DNA of 64,000 nt, from positions 23,002,001 through 23,066,000 of the forward strand of contig NC_092674.1 of assembly GCF_964355755.1 (NCBI RefSeq), written 5' to 3'. The position numbers were made by a program, and so were the translations under genes. This DNA comes from Antedon mediterranea. Its lineage: Eukaryota; Animalia; Echinodermata. The notes below the pieces were generated by a model that saw only the letters and a list, made by a program, of their open reading frames with translations, did not search any database and was not told the DNA's origin. Below are positions 14,525 through 28,800 of the stretch, in pieces (within the stretch, counting starts at the first letter, position 1; each line of letters begins with the position of its first letter).

Positions 14525-14620
14525 GCTGGGTGATAGGCCTTGGCTGGATGATAGGCATTGGCTGGATGATAGGCCTTGGCTGGATGATAGGCATTGGCTG
14601 GGGGGGGGGGGGGGGGGGGG
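14525..14620. repeat. 18-bp tandem repeat (4+ units) running into G21
   Basis: GCTGGATGATAGGC(C/A)TTG x4, then poly-G at 14600-14620. Confidence 0.9.
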
Positions 14621-15404
14621 TTGCTAAGAATTTGAAGATGGATGTTCCTGCCCATCTCCACCCAGCAAAATGAATGCCTTATACACTCCTAGGTCTAGGT
14701 TGCATGTGAAAGAATTAGATTCTTCAATACAATTACATTATTAATTGAACCAACTGGTCAGTATATCTCTTCCCACAATCCATCACAATTGGTATAGAGA
14801 ACTTTAATTGATTATAAGGATCAACTTAAGTGGACCCCAGAAACTGTTTAATTGTAGCCAATCGGAAGCCATTTTCCTGGTCTAGGAAACTTCAATCAGT
14901 TGTTCAAGTTCTCTGGGGGGCAGTAGACCTGTCTTGATGGCAAATATTTGTACTCTTGATTTGATTTAATATGGTACTATTTAGTTTGTTGAAGGGTAAA
15001 CTTTAGGAATGGAGTCAATATAGTATATACAGGCATATTAATTGAATTTGAGGAATTTCTTTATTTAGTATTACTATTAGGGATCAATAGAATAGTATAG
15101 GCTATACTTCAATGGTATACAATATGTAGAATCATAGAAGTAGAATTTATGGAATTCTATTTATAAATTATTTGTATGTGTTAAATTCAGTTCAAAGTGG
15201 ACCCAAAGCACATAGAATACTCATAAAATAAAAGGTGATAATGTGTAAGTACCTGATTTATTTATTTCACCTGTTCTAAGCTCATCTAAATCTAGAAATT
15301 ATTAGTGGTCATCACAACAGTTGCTACCAAGCCTCCTGGATATTATGGTCCATAAAAGGTCAGTAAAAATGGTTCACCTTTGGTCACCATTCACTGAAAA
15401 TATA

Positions 15405-16214
15405 GGGCCTGTTTCTATAGAGCAGAGAATACGGTTTTGAATACCGTTCTTTTCAAGAACTGTTTTTTCTTGCCAGCAGAAATGGGTCCCCACAAAAAAC
15501 CACAAAAAAGAACCGATCTTAAAAACGGTTTCAAAAACGCCAGTTGATTTCGGTCTCGATCGCAAATAACCGTTCTGAAACCGGTTTTCGCGGAGCAATT
15601 TTTAGCTGCAACACAATCGCGGTCTCAATTTGACCCCAAAAACTGAACTCTGCAGTCTGCTGCACTGGGACGATTGCGGTCAACTCGCAGTCAAACCAGC
15701 GTGATAGGACCTAGGCCTAAGTCATTTTTATTTCTCTAGATATGTTGACCGAGGTTTGTAAAAAATATGTGAAGGGAAGAAGATGAGGGGACTTGTCGGG
15801 AGTCGGAAGAAAGACTCGCGTAGGCCTACATTTAAGAATACTGTATTGTAAAGCGTGTGAAAGCTAGACGAGTTCAACTTGACAATATCAGAGGGTGCGA
15901 CGTACCTATACTTTAACCAAGGACCACAATAACGTTTCAGGTAATAATTCCCCCTTCTATGATGAAATGGATGCTATTTCTTGGGGATCGCGCTATGCGA
16001 AAAAAAGTAAACATGACCTCGATCCAATCACGCTTCCGCCTAACGAACTGCATTGTGGTGTATATAATAACGTCATTCATAACGAACGCACATGGACGGA
16101 ACCGGTTTTATTGGAGTAAAAATTGAGCTGCAACGCGATCTTTATTTATAAACAACAGCCGAAACCGGTTTCCAAAGAACCGTTCTTTTTTTATTTTTCA
16201 ATAGAAACAGGCCC
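15405..16214 (+). mobile_element. PIF/Harbinger deletion derivative with Myb/SANT-like ORF remnant
   Basis: Perfect 14-bp TIR GGGCCTGTTTCTAT / ATAGAAACAGGCCC; ATA on both flanks; internal YTLTKDHNNVSGNNSPFYDEMDAI(fs)LGDR resembles the trihelix Myb/SANT-like domain end. Confidence 0.75.
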
Positions 16215-19200
16215 ATAGAAGTACAGTAAACTCATTTAAAAGTTTAGCATAACTAGTTTGTTGAGGATGATAAATAAAATGTTTATTTTTGCTAGTCCAA
16301 CCTGACATCTCTCTTAGGTCATAATAGTCTGGTGTATCCTAAGTGTGAAGTTACCAGCAGAGATGACAGATGATGCATGAGATATCAATGAGGAAAGCAT
16401 AAAGTACAGTAGAGGATACTTTTAGAATATTCAGAACATTGTATTTTATCTGAAACATAAACAATTGATGAATTGGTTTACAGAATTAAACAGCAAACAA
16501 ATAGGTATAAAGTTTTTCTCTCTGGCCTGATTCTGATTAAAATGTATGAGGATCGAACTCTTTAGGCACAATGATTTCTTTGTAATCGAGGGAGTCAAAT
16601 ACTGTACTAACATTTATTAGAGCAAGATCTAAGAGACACAATCCTGATCAACCTGCAGAAATGTTTTCTTTTTTCAGTGTTATTACAATATTGTATAAAT
16701 GTTTTAACATGATAATAATAATATTAAATCCCAAATGATATGAAATTTGTATATCATAAGGTGGTCTACTTGATATTTATGAGTTGCACCAGTTAAAGAT
16801 TATGTTAAAAGTTTGCCACTCATAAAAACAACACAAACCATCTGTTGTTTATTGAGAACGATCATTATAAAAAAAAGGAAATTGTAAAATACCACAAATA
16901 AACCTTGGTTAATTAATGTTCATTTAAAAAATTATCTGTTAAACAGTTCTAAAATATCCATATTATTAGTGTTTTATAGTTTACAGAATAAAAACAAAAT
17001 AGTAACTGAAGGTTACACTACAAATGGCCATTAATGGATTGGAACAGTGCATAATTGATTGATTAGTAAAAACATCCATTTTCTATCAAAGTAGTCTGTT
17101 TCCTTACTTTACTGAATTTTATTGTACTTTTTGCTAAATTAGATGTACATTGACCCTAACACAATGCATGCTTGTTGTTAGTTCCATTCTGCAGGTGCTG
17201 ACATAAAATAAACAAATGAACCAAATTAGTAGCACAATATCTGGCAAAATTTAATATACACCATGTTGTTTGAATTAGTAGAAATGTAGTACCTTGCATA
17301 TGATACTACAGTAAAGTTTGGAGTTTAGAAAACTTTGTGCTATGATAAACAGGAATGGACTAAAATAATTAATGCAAACAATTTAAAATATAGTGGTAGA
17401 GGATCTTTGGGATAGGGAGACACTTAATGAACGAATGAAATGAACAAGAAAAAACATGTTTTACTAACACGGCCAACCCCTAATCATAGTAAAATTTGTT
17501 GAGTCCTGAAGAACGAAGACAAAAACAATCCTTATAATTTATGTAGTAAGTATGAGCAAAATATAACAAAAATAAGAATATTTTGCACAATGGTGGAATC
17601 TTTTCTCAGGAGAAAGCCTGTGCAATGAATGAAATTATCACTTAATTCTTTCATATTTCAATATTTTGTATTTAACATTACCTAATAATGTTACCAAAAC
17701 AGTTTGCATATGGGCTATTTAAAGAGTTAATACTAAAGCATAAATTGTAAGACCTTTGTGCCAGTTAATAAGCTTCTAAGGAACAGGTGGGTTAATAATA
17801 AAGTGACATTGAAGGAAAAGTGCTAGAAACTACCTCAAAAGTCCATGCTACCTTTAAAGCGGTCTGTTGACATCTTTATTTACATAATTTCTATTCCCAT
17901 GTAACCACAGTAAAAAGCTTGTTAAATCTACCTGTTGAATATAGGCCTATTATATGTTTTATCAAAATGGTCAATACCATTATTTTCATTTAATTATATT
18001 GTCAAGAAAAAAAACAGGCAGAAATAGATAAGCTTGCAAAATGGCAATAGGAAGATTTCTCTTCTCAAGTTAAAAAATTTAAATAAAAAATGTTTGAGCT
18101 CATTATTGATTTATATTGGTACTTTTTATGTTTAAGTCTGTAGTGATAATGCATGATACAGTAGCCTTTGGTGGAAAACTATTTATAAATTTGAAAATAT
18201 GCCTTCTAAAATTCCTGAATTTGGAAATCTGTTATGGTAATTTTTTCCACTCCATTACAATATCTTTGTAAATTGTACTGTACTACAAATGTCTTTCGTA
18301 AATGTTTGCCCCATAAATTTAACAGATATAGCATCTTGGTTATGAGACTAAATTTGAAACCTGTTTTGATTTGAATATTGTGTATAGTGTTGTAATTAAA
18401 CTGGTTTTCTATGTTCCCATCCTTGTTACCATGGTTAAATCACAGTGGGAAAAATAGAAATTGATATTTTTATGTTTCCCTTGCTGATAATAGTACTTTT
18501 TCACAAACAAGGTTGAGATATTATACTACAGATATAATCCTATATCATGGGATATTTTTTAATGGCCAATATACAAACACAAGGGATTAATACTGTATTA
18601 TCATAAACTAGCCAGTTTCAGTTAGCTACTGTATACACCAATGTTATACTCCTTATTTGCAGGTCACCAAGTTATCCCAGATCATCATCATTTATTTCGC
18701 TATATAGAACCTTGTAATACAAGTGAACCGAAACTATTGAATAATCTTAACTAAGGCACTTGACATATATTTTCCTGTTTCTCTATGATATTGAAATAAT
18801 TTGCAGCGCCACATGAAAAGGAAATTATAGTCATATTTTCCATGAAAAAATTCAAATGAAGACTATATTTGAGTGAAATGTAATGACAAAATTGAATTGA
18901 CATTATTAATTAAATTAATCATTGCAATATTATAGTAATTGTTATATTCTGTGATTCAATCTCTTAATTTTTACCATCATTACTCAATTTAAATTCTACA
19001 ATGGTTTAGTATGTTGAATAGTAATTTAATATTTTTATACTTTTTAAAAGTGCAATTCCTTGAGCTATAGGCCAACCTAAACTTATTTTAGTTTCTCTAA
19101 ATCCAAGTTTAGCTACTTGCTTCCTCTTATTAATCCCTTGTCCATGCTTAATCCTAGAAAATTCTATCTTCACTACTGGTCTTGCTTTAGGGATTAAGTG

Positions 19201-21543
19201 ACTTAAAAGTTAAAAAAAATAAAATCTTCTCCCTTTTATAATTGGCTGTGTATACAGATTGTCAACTAAAATTTATAACAATTCCCATTTTTGTGGGGAA
19301 TTATAAACATTCTAAAAACAACCAGTGATTCTTTTTTTACTCTTTCACCATATTAAAATGAAATATGGGTATAATTTCCGAATACACTATACATCATTAA
19401 AACTGTGCTATAAGGCAATGTTGTAAAAATAAACAAATGTTAGTGATTTGTTGCATGTCAACAATGAGCTCAGGAAAGAAAGTTTTTTATAAATGTTGTA
19501 TACTTTGTTTATATATAAAAGACCACAATGTTTATTTGCTCTATGATTATGTATTCACTATTATCTTCCATTATGTTTAACAACCACCATGATTAAAAGG
19601 GCTTGTGTGTTACATTAAAAACCTGTCAAAGTGCAAGTTACATTTGGTGTACCTGAGGTGTTATATGAGGAGTACATCATAGTTCTAAATGTAAAAGCAT
19701 AGGTGTTGAAACATTTGATAACTATCAATATAGAATAAATCCTATTCTAAAACCTATTAAATACATTTGATTGATAGCAACAGCTTTGCACTTAAAACCC
19801 ACCCAAACATTACACTAAAATGAGTCAACACAACTGTGATCTTATACCCAATGGGATCTCCTTCACAACTGAATGTTTACATTTGCAACTTAGCCTGAAG
19901 ATGTCTAGCTGCACTTGTGCAAAATCTTAAATTTTAGTATAAGAAATAGATACATACTATAAAAACAAAATATCAATGAAAATATTGTGTTCAGTAACCA
20001 TATCCTGCTCAGGTTGGATGAAAGGTGGCAGTATGATTGTTAGTGTGATAAATAATTAGATTTATAAGTGTTGCAAAAGGTGTCTTTTGAGTTCACACAT
20101 TGGCATACTTTTTGCAGTCAGTTAAAAAGGTTATTTTTATAGGGCAAAAGCTTTCTAAAATCCGTATTTTCTTGTTCACATGATCTTTTAATAAGTTATT
20201 TTTTCACAATCTTATATAGGTTAAACTCTAAAGTTAAAAACAGTATATATGATTAATTTATTTTGGAAGAAGAAAATTTACTTTAGGCTAGGGTAGTCCC
20301 TGAATGGCAGGGAAGGTCCATCCCCTCAATAGGATAAAGATGTTCTATTATATACTATATGTCTTAAGGCATAATATATTTTTCTACTATATATATATTG
20401 ATATTAATTGTTTACGGTGTAGTAACATAGTACTAATAGTTAGTAATGATAGTAAATAAATGAAGCTATTATTGTGTAAATGTAGAATACATTTGACACA
20501 GACTGACAAAAGGGTTGTTTGTGAATTTTGCACTTAGTCCTGACAAGGCTCCTCTGTTTAAGTTTCAATGGACGAACTTGCAATGCATATCTCTTGTAAT
20601 TTCTTTTAGTTTCTTTTATTGTATCAATTTCACACCAGGTGTTGACGTACAATGTCTCTTTCCGGTGCAGAATCGAAGAATACTGTATATAAAGATAGAT
20701 TGGAAAATTCCTCATATGAATTAATTAGTAATATGATAAACTCAATGTTAGTTCACATGATCCTAGTTAATAAGGGATTTTTTTCTGCGCTTTTTGGCAG
20801 GAGTATCAGATTTTTTAGATATTTATCTTTAGTTTTTGTTACCTAGCTATAAACTAGATTTGAAATCATAGAAGGAGATATCGTTTATTATTTTTGACTT
20901 CTAGTCTATAAGATATATAAAGTATAAAAATAAAACTGCCTGTGCGTTTTCTGCAAAATCAGATGATCTATGCTGGTGAGTTCTGTTGAACTTTACCTTT
21001 CAGGGGAAATCGTATAACTATAATCTACTGAAGTTGACCACCAATTAAATTAAGCTAATTTCTAATATAAATAAAATTATACACTTGTAACTATTAGTGT
21101 ATGTGTGGACATAGGCTTAGATTATTTTTTATTGTTGTAGGGTTTTGATATCTCATTTTATCTACAGGATTTTTGGTAAACCTTGAATTATGTTTGCACT
21201 TTTTAAGATGAGTAACTTTATTAATCTTCATCGGATAATAATACAATCTTGCAACAATATGGAAATTAGGGTAGGCACTCTATGATGAATGCTTGCAAAA
21301 TAATTCCAAAAATCAAATATATCTGAAGCATATGATTTATGATTCTGCAAAAGTGACACTTCTAAAGTGACTCAGTGTCCGTTTCAGCCAGAAATCACTA
21401 CCCGTCTTTTGATCACATGCCAAGAGAAATAAAATGCGTTTTTTTATATAAAACTTAAGAAAAAACGTTATTGTAAATAATATATTTAATAGGTAGAATA
21501 GTTGTTCAATTTTTCATATATCCTTTCTCATAAATACATAATA

Positions 21544-21658
21544 AGTAGAACCCCTCCCCTCAAGGGGATACTTTGCTGCCAAGCTAACAACTCTATGCAA
21601 AGTAAATCCCTATATTAAGGGGACACTATTTTGGGTCCCAATTCTCAGGATACTGCTA
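21544..21658. mobile_element. Degenerate copy of CAGTAGAACCTCT MITE family
   Basis: agtagaacccctc...tattaaggggacac...gggtccca. Confidence 0.55.
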
Positions 21659-22733
21659 TATCAATCTAAAAGGTTATATAAAGGGCAAATAAAGGGCATT
21701 TTAAGCACAAACTGGGTTAAAAGCATTGGATTGCCCCTTTCTTCAAGGGTCAGTGATATATGAAGTATTTCACTTGTAATTTGATACTATGGCATGTTGA
21801 AATATTCTATATCAATAGAAATAGTAATATTTATTTATTGTATTAGTTGAATTGATTTTTAGTATAGGAAAAAGTATAATAAGCTTAGAAGAGAATAGCT
21901 ATCAGTAAAATATACAAATGTACAAAAAGATCACCAAAGCATATCATGGATTTGACACTGTCACAGTTGTATATTATGTTTGATTTCTTTCTAAAGATTT
22001 CTAAAGAGCTAGAGGCGAAATTTAAAGGTAAAATTGGACACTGGTGTCAGTTTCAAATTTAATATATCACTTTTTAAGAACACACCAAGCGACATACAGT
22101 TTTTAATCTGATGACACTATTTTTTATTCTAAAAATATTTTGTGGATTTGAATGTTTCCTGCCAACAACCACTGGCTCCAGGAAGACATTGTCTAGGTAC
22201 CTGATATCTATCTTAATATCCTTTGGATTGGTGTCAATGTGATCACCTCATGTCCGTTGTATGTGCTCCAGATTTTTCCATTTCCTTCTGGAATTTTATA
22301 TCTTTGTGGAATACCCGAATAATGTCTCTGAAAACAATGTAACATTATAACATACTTGAGAGATTTACCAACCATTATAAGTTATAACAATACAAGTTGT
22401 GAGAAGTCACAGTTTCTCAATCAAGGAAAAACTATATGGCAACGCATTCGTACATATTAATCCTTGAAGTTGAATAGAAAAATACATTGATTTTATAGAT
22501 ATTTTTGTAGCTTTTAGCAAAACATTATTATTGTTCTTTTATTATATTGCAAGAGTAAAGAAATATGAGATTGTATTGTACGCTTCCACCTCAAAAAAAC
22601 CTCTATAATCTCCTAGTAGGCCTATAGTGAAGTTACATCCATATTATTACATTTTTATAATTGTATGATTTGTTATTTGTACTTATAATTTAAAACAAAG
22701 TTGTGTAACCAGATTTTCTTGATGTAATTTCAG

Positions 22734-22880
22734 GTGGTAACACTCTGTCCAATCAGCCATTCCGTCTCAACTGGGCTTGGATTTCCCTAGAATCCGAGTA
22801 CTACAAAGTAAATGAAACCGAAGGTCAACTAATCGTGAAACTCAAACGTAGAGGATACCTTGGTGAAACATCATTTGTTG
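22734..22880 (+). CDS. FREM2: FREM2/ECM3-like exon A (147 nt), start of Calx-beta 1
   Basis: tttcag|...|gtaagg; [49 protein letters not shown]; missed by ORF track. Confidence 0.93.
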
Positions 22881-25800
22881 GTAAGGAACTTATTCATATA
22901 TTGGAATGTTTTAGAATGCCAGATTTTGATATATTTTGATGAGATTCAATTGATCATTATGTGCACCTTCGCTGCAAAGGTTGACCATTAGTAGTTCTCC
23001 ACATTCGCTACAAAAGTTGACCACAAGTAGTTCTCCACCTTTGCTGCGAAGGTTGACCATTAGTAATTCTCCACATTCGCTGCGAATGTTGACCACCAGT
23101 AGTTCTCCATCTGCATTTGTTCTCTTTGCTTCAGTGGCATTGTATGAAGACACTTTTTGATGTCGTCTTTCTCTGTCAAATCACAATAAAAATGTGCATC
23201 AAACATATAGTTTGCAAACCTGACCTGACTATTGTTTGCCAGTGTAGACCAGTTGACAAACTTCAGCAAACTTAGTTTGCAGAAGTTATGTCATTCACCT
23301 TTTTGACAAACTATTTTGCTGAGGTTTGGAACATTTCCTCCATGTTTGGAATAACTCAATAAAATTCAGTTTGTAGTCCTGTGACAATGGTATCCTCTTG
23401 GAGCAAGATCTGAGAGTTTGAAGATATTCATTGTAAACACCACACACTTCTCCAAACAAAGTTAAGCATTGCAAACAAAAAATTGCTATTACTTTTAATT
23501 TCCTGTGTATAGGAATCGAAACTGTAGATGGACAAGCCATCAAGGGTGAAGATTATCATGGTAAGGTTGGCAAACAAGTGCAGTTTAACCCTGGACAGAC
23601 AGAAGGCTTCATGAAAATCAAAATCTATGATGATAACAAGTATGAAGAAACTGAAGTGTTCAGCGTACGACTCCACGATCCAGTCATGGGTGCCCTAGAG
23701 TTCCCTGAAATTGCTTTAGTCAACATACTTGATCCTGAAGATGGTAATTTTTATATTTCAATTTCAACTGTATTTTCAGAGTGAAATAATCTTATAAGCC
23801 ATAGTAACTAGTTATGTAAAAAAATAATTTAATTTTAGATATATCACATGTTTGAAATAACCTCCCTGGTAGAAACACATTAACCCTTTCCTATCTTCTT
23901 TGATACTGGGCCATATATGTTACATTTGATGCCTAAGTATGTGTATTGTATACAGCTTTAATTCTAGGTACTGAACATGTTTCTTTAACTCTTAAAAACT
24001 TCAAATCATTTATTTAATTTTCTTTTTAGAATCTACTGTTTACATTGATATTCCTCCCACATTTTCCGTGACTGAGGATGCTGGAGAAGTCCTGGTGGCA
24101 ATAAGACGAACTGGAGACCTTACTGATGAAATGATGGTTATGTGCTCAACAATATCTGGTGAGATTTGTATTCTGGTTCCTATATCTGGTTACTGCAGAG
24201 CACACAAATATATCTATTAATGAATGTTTGTTTGTTATACAATTAAAGTTTGGAACCATTTATGAATATCCGATCTAAAATATATGAAAATTTATTATTT
24301 GAAAATTAATATATATTTAAATATCTGGTAGTGATTAAAAATTTATTTAAAATGTTCCCTTTAAACATTGCTTCATGTTTCCTTTTAAACTTTTTAAAAT
24401 ACAATTAGATTTAATTTTAAAAAGTGCAATGAGTACTATACTATAAGGATTGAATGATGTGTTCCTAAGCATGAATAAAGTTTACACCAAATGTTCCATT
24501 GTAAATTACAGTCTTCAAAGTGGATTTAAATTTCAATTGTATTGTAGGCTTTTTCATGTTTCCTAAATGAACATTGGTATACCAGCTGAAGTAGACTATC
24601 TCTGGGGAAACCCCAACTCTATGACCAACAAGCAAATCCAATCAGTATTATACTATATCATATCTGATCTTTGGTCAGCCAAATCAATAAGCTTTACCCT
24701 CCAGTGATGACTTTGGATATACTTTACTTTGATAAATTTAAAAATGCCACCAGGATGCAGACATAATTCCATCAATAGTTCCCCCACTGGAGAAATAATA
24801 TTTGAGTTTTATAAATGATGCATGCATTTGGGTTCTTTAGTTCTTGTCCCTAAACGAACATTAACAGAGGGGGAATCTTTGATCTGATGGTCAAATAAAA
24901 CTCCAGATGTCCAAAACAAAATTGATTGATTTTTTATTTTGTCATTTATTTTGAAATGTTAAAATAATTTTGTACTAGACAACAATGAATAGTGTTTTAA
25001 ACTGTACAAACCAATAAATTATTGTAAATGTACTTTCTAAAAAAGAAATTTTATTTATTTATTCCATTCAATAAATTATTTATTTGAGTTGTAAAACTTC
25101 TGTGTGCCTCAAAAGCCCTGCTAATCAAGACAGCCTTTAAAAACTCACTACAGAATGATTAATTAACCAGTTTGGAAATTTGATTTCTAAACCTATTTGT
25201 TACCAAGTTAATAATAAGTATTCATCAAAATCTACCAGTTTTTAACAGTATATGATTAAGAATTCATTTTAAATTACAGTTTAAAAATTTCAATTTATTT
25301 TTTTAGAGTAAAAATAGTGCAATTTGTCTTTTTCAAAAATGTCTATGTCACTAGCTTTCCAATATTTTCTTAGATACTGCTACTGGATCTGAACCATCTC
25401 CTGTGACATCCTTCTCTGACTACATCAGTCGTGTTGCTGATGACAATGCCAACTTTGTTATGTTTGAATCTGGTGAAGCCCTCGCTTTCTGCCGTATTAG
25501 AATCATTGATGACTCTCTCTATGAAGATGCAGAGATATTCCAGGTTAAACTCTCAAACACAATGGGTGGCAGAATTGGTTCTCCAGCCGTTATGAATGTT
25601 GAGATCGAAGCTGATACCAATGATGGTAGGTGGAGAATAGCATTTTTTATTCTGAATTACTTTTTATCTAATAACACACACACGCACTAAGCATTTGATT
25701 CCATACAGTATCATAAAATACACTACAAATATATAGCTTCAATGCTGTAGTGTGAACCAGTAGCTATTTCCTTAATACAGACATTATCAAAATGTACACT

Positions 25801-28800
25801 CATTTTATAGTAACAGTTCTGCATATTTAAAAAAGCAACTTACAAAATAAAATTTTAAACTTTCGAAGAGAAAAAAAAAGTTACAAACCATACTGTAGAA
25901 AATGTCTACATTCTTACAAAACTTAGAAATTAAAATGTTAAACTTTAAAAAAAAATATGGACAATGATTACTATTAAATCAGGAAATATTTGTCATTTAA
26001 CTGACACTAATAAAACCCCTATGAGTTTATGAAAATTCCAAAAATATTTTTATTTGCATACTTTTAAATCACCTGTTCACAATTCACAAACTTTTACAAG
26101 AAGGAGGTTTGCACTACCTTGATGGAGGTAGACATAAACATCTGAACCACCTATCATGATCTTTCACATAAAACATCAAGAATGGTGACTCTGTTTACCC
26201 AAGATATTTTGATATAGTGACCTGTATTCTTAAATACAATAAATTTTAGCCAGCCACTATTAAATATAAAGACATATTTCAGTTCCTTTTCTCATTCAAA
26301 GAAATCTGATTGCCAAGGGAGTCTTGAGCTAAGATGCCCAAGGAACCACTTGAACTTATTAGTAAATAGTGTAATACATGTTCAGAGCTATCAATTTCAG
26401 TAAACTATATACATGTTCAGGGTTCATCCCTATAATGGTCCAATCACCATCATCCGTCCATTTACATTTACCTGGTCAGAGATATATAAAACATTAAACA
26501 AAGTTTATTCAAATGCATACTTAATAATATTATGCAGAAAATGGATTGAGGCATGCTGATTATTCCTAACCCCAGGTCAGTCAGACATTTTGACACCACT
26601 CATCCATCCCAGCCACCCTAATCATAAGTATTTTGTGATACCTTAAATGACAGACAGACAACTGATGTCTGATTGGGCCAACCCAAAGAATTTAATTTCA
26701 GGCCTGTTGTCTGACACATCACCATGAAAAATATTGTGAGCCAATTTTTTAGGCCTCGATTAAATTTCACATTTGTACATTGCCTTTGCTTACAATATGA
26801 AAAGCTAAAGTTAAACTAGTTCATATCAGTTTACGTACAGTGGTACCCTTTAGGACCAATTTTTGCCAATGTACTGTCTAATTGAAACTTCTGTCACTTT
26901 GCAAAAAAAACTTGTGAAAATGCAGTAGAACACTTTACAGCTATCTAATTCAATTAGCTGCATAATATCATATCAAAATGTCTAGTCACTGAGTCATTTA
27001 GAAGCCCATCAAAAAGAAATCGTCATGTTCAAAGTACCGGTCTTTTACTTGAGTCATGTATCATCCCGTCCCCCGTCCCAAAAGATGACAGGGTCGGCTT
27101 AGTTTGAACCATTTAAACCGTAAAGCATTCAAGAACAACTTATACAAAGAACAAAATTCTTAAAAAGTAAAATTTAAAAGCATATTTTATTAGTACTGGA
27201 TATGAAGAAAGTTTTCTTAAGCTCATTTCAGATTGATATTTTGTATGCATAGATAAATATTTTAATAAATACCCCATCTCCTATTTACCATCCCAAAAAG
27301 CTATTGTAATACTGTACATATTATGCTGCATATGAACACTTTAAAGCAGCTAGTCATTTACTTCATAACCGATCACTACCTCGGTACCCATTTTATTAAC
27401 CATTAAAAAAACAGATTACAAAAGATTACAGTTTTAAGAGGAAAATAATGTTAGCAAGAATGTCTTATGACTTCCCTTATCGTGACATAAACAAAAGTTG
27501 TGGGGTTTTTTTTTGTTCTGATTTGAATATATCACTTCCCATTTGTGAAGTCATTTCTCGGTTAATCTTTTAGTTATTTTCAAATTTCCTAGGTCCTTTT
27601 GGTTACCGCTACAAATTTCTAAAAATTTGGTCCTTTTATTTGTCTATCCTTGAGTTTGTAAAAATCACACCTTCCATGCCTTAAAGACATATGACTCACT
27701 AAAGTGAAAAAAACATTAATACAATATGCCTGTACCAAGTATAAATTGATATTTCATTCTGATGAAACCATTAAACAAGTAGAATGAAGAATAAACATTG
27801 ATGTTTATAAATCAAAGTTGTCATAAAAAATCATATCAAAATTTAAATTGATATCTGTAATTCCCAAACCAAGCCAACTAGCTGCTTCGCTTTTCATCTG
27901 ACAAAAGGAGATACCGTACTTTAGGGAGAAGAAAGTTGTAAGAACGTATTGAATTGATCACAAGAAAACCAAACTATCGTTCTACACATCAATCTGAATT
28001 TAAACATGACAATATCAATATATTTCTGAGAACTTAAATCTTGATATCAAAACTTGCAAACATTATAGTTTTATTTATTCTACGAAGAACCAGATGAAAA
28101 GAGCTTGGCAAAATTAGAGTCCAGATTTTCTCAGACAGTACAGGGTGCAAGTTTCTATTGAATGCTCTTACAAGATTTTTTTTAAACTAAAAATAAAATG
28201 AAGAAAAATATATATATATATATAAATCCAAAGGCAAATAACTGAAAAAATGACAATGCTGTGGGTATCAGTGGCTGGATCTCAATGGAGATACAAACAA
28301 AAAACCGAAAAGCTAAATCAAAACGATAAAGTAAAACAGCCAGAAAAGTTACCTTCCTATCTTGGACTTCCAAATGTATTTTGTCTACAATGATTGCATC
28401 TTTCCCATGAACATAAATAAATGATACAATCAGAGAATTTTTTACAAATAATCCAATAAAATTAGAACAGCTGGATTTATGAAATGTTAACAAGTATAAC
28501 AATATACCCAATACATTTAATGCAAAATAAATTACATTTAATTCAAATAAAAATCAAATAAAAGTTTTTAAACTTTTAACCTGCTGCAGTAAGAAGTCAT
28601 TGAACTATTTTCACTGTTTTCAAGGTAAATAAATTGATCTCAAAAAAATTGCATTACATTTTTTGTGAGAAGTAACATTATTTTATTTAGTTATCTTAAT
28701 ATCTTCAGTACAGTGACTTTATATATAATATCAATAATAAGTGATTGAACCCCTCTTTTGGAACACCTCTATTCAGGAGATACCTCTATTAAGGGGACAC

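Noticed and set aside
14473-14673. ORF with GWMIG repeats and poly-Gly
   Set aside because: Translation of the 18-bp repeat and G run; non-ATG start.
17-21000. Short ORF-track entries in the first intron, and antisense ORFs overlapping exons elsewhere
   Set aside because: Low-complexity AT-rich translations or shadows of real exons; no recognisable domains.
22190-22330. Minus-strand exon of a nested coding gene (good acceptor, cag|gtac donor)
   Set aside because: All three frames stop before the donor; no recognisable protein or partner exons.
22968-23111. CRISPR array (36-bp period)
   Set aside because: Units are contiguous with no unique spacers, the context is a eukaryotic intron, and there are no cas genes.
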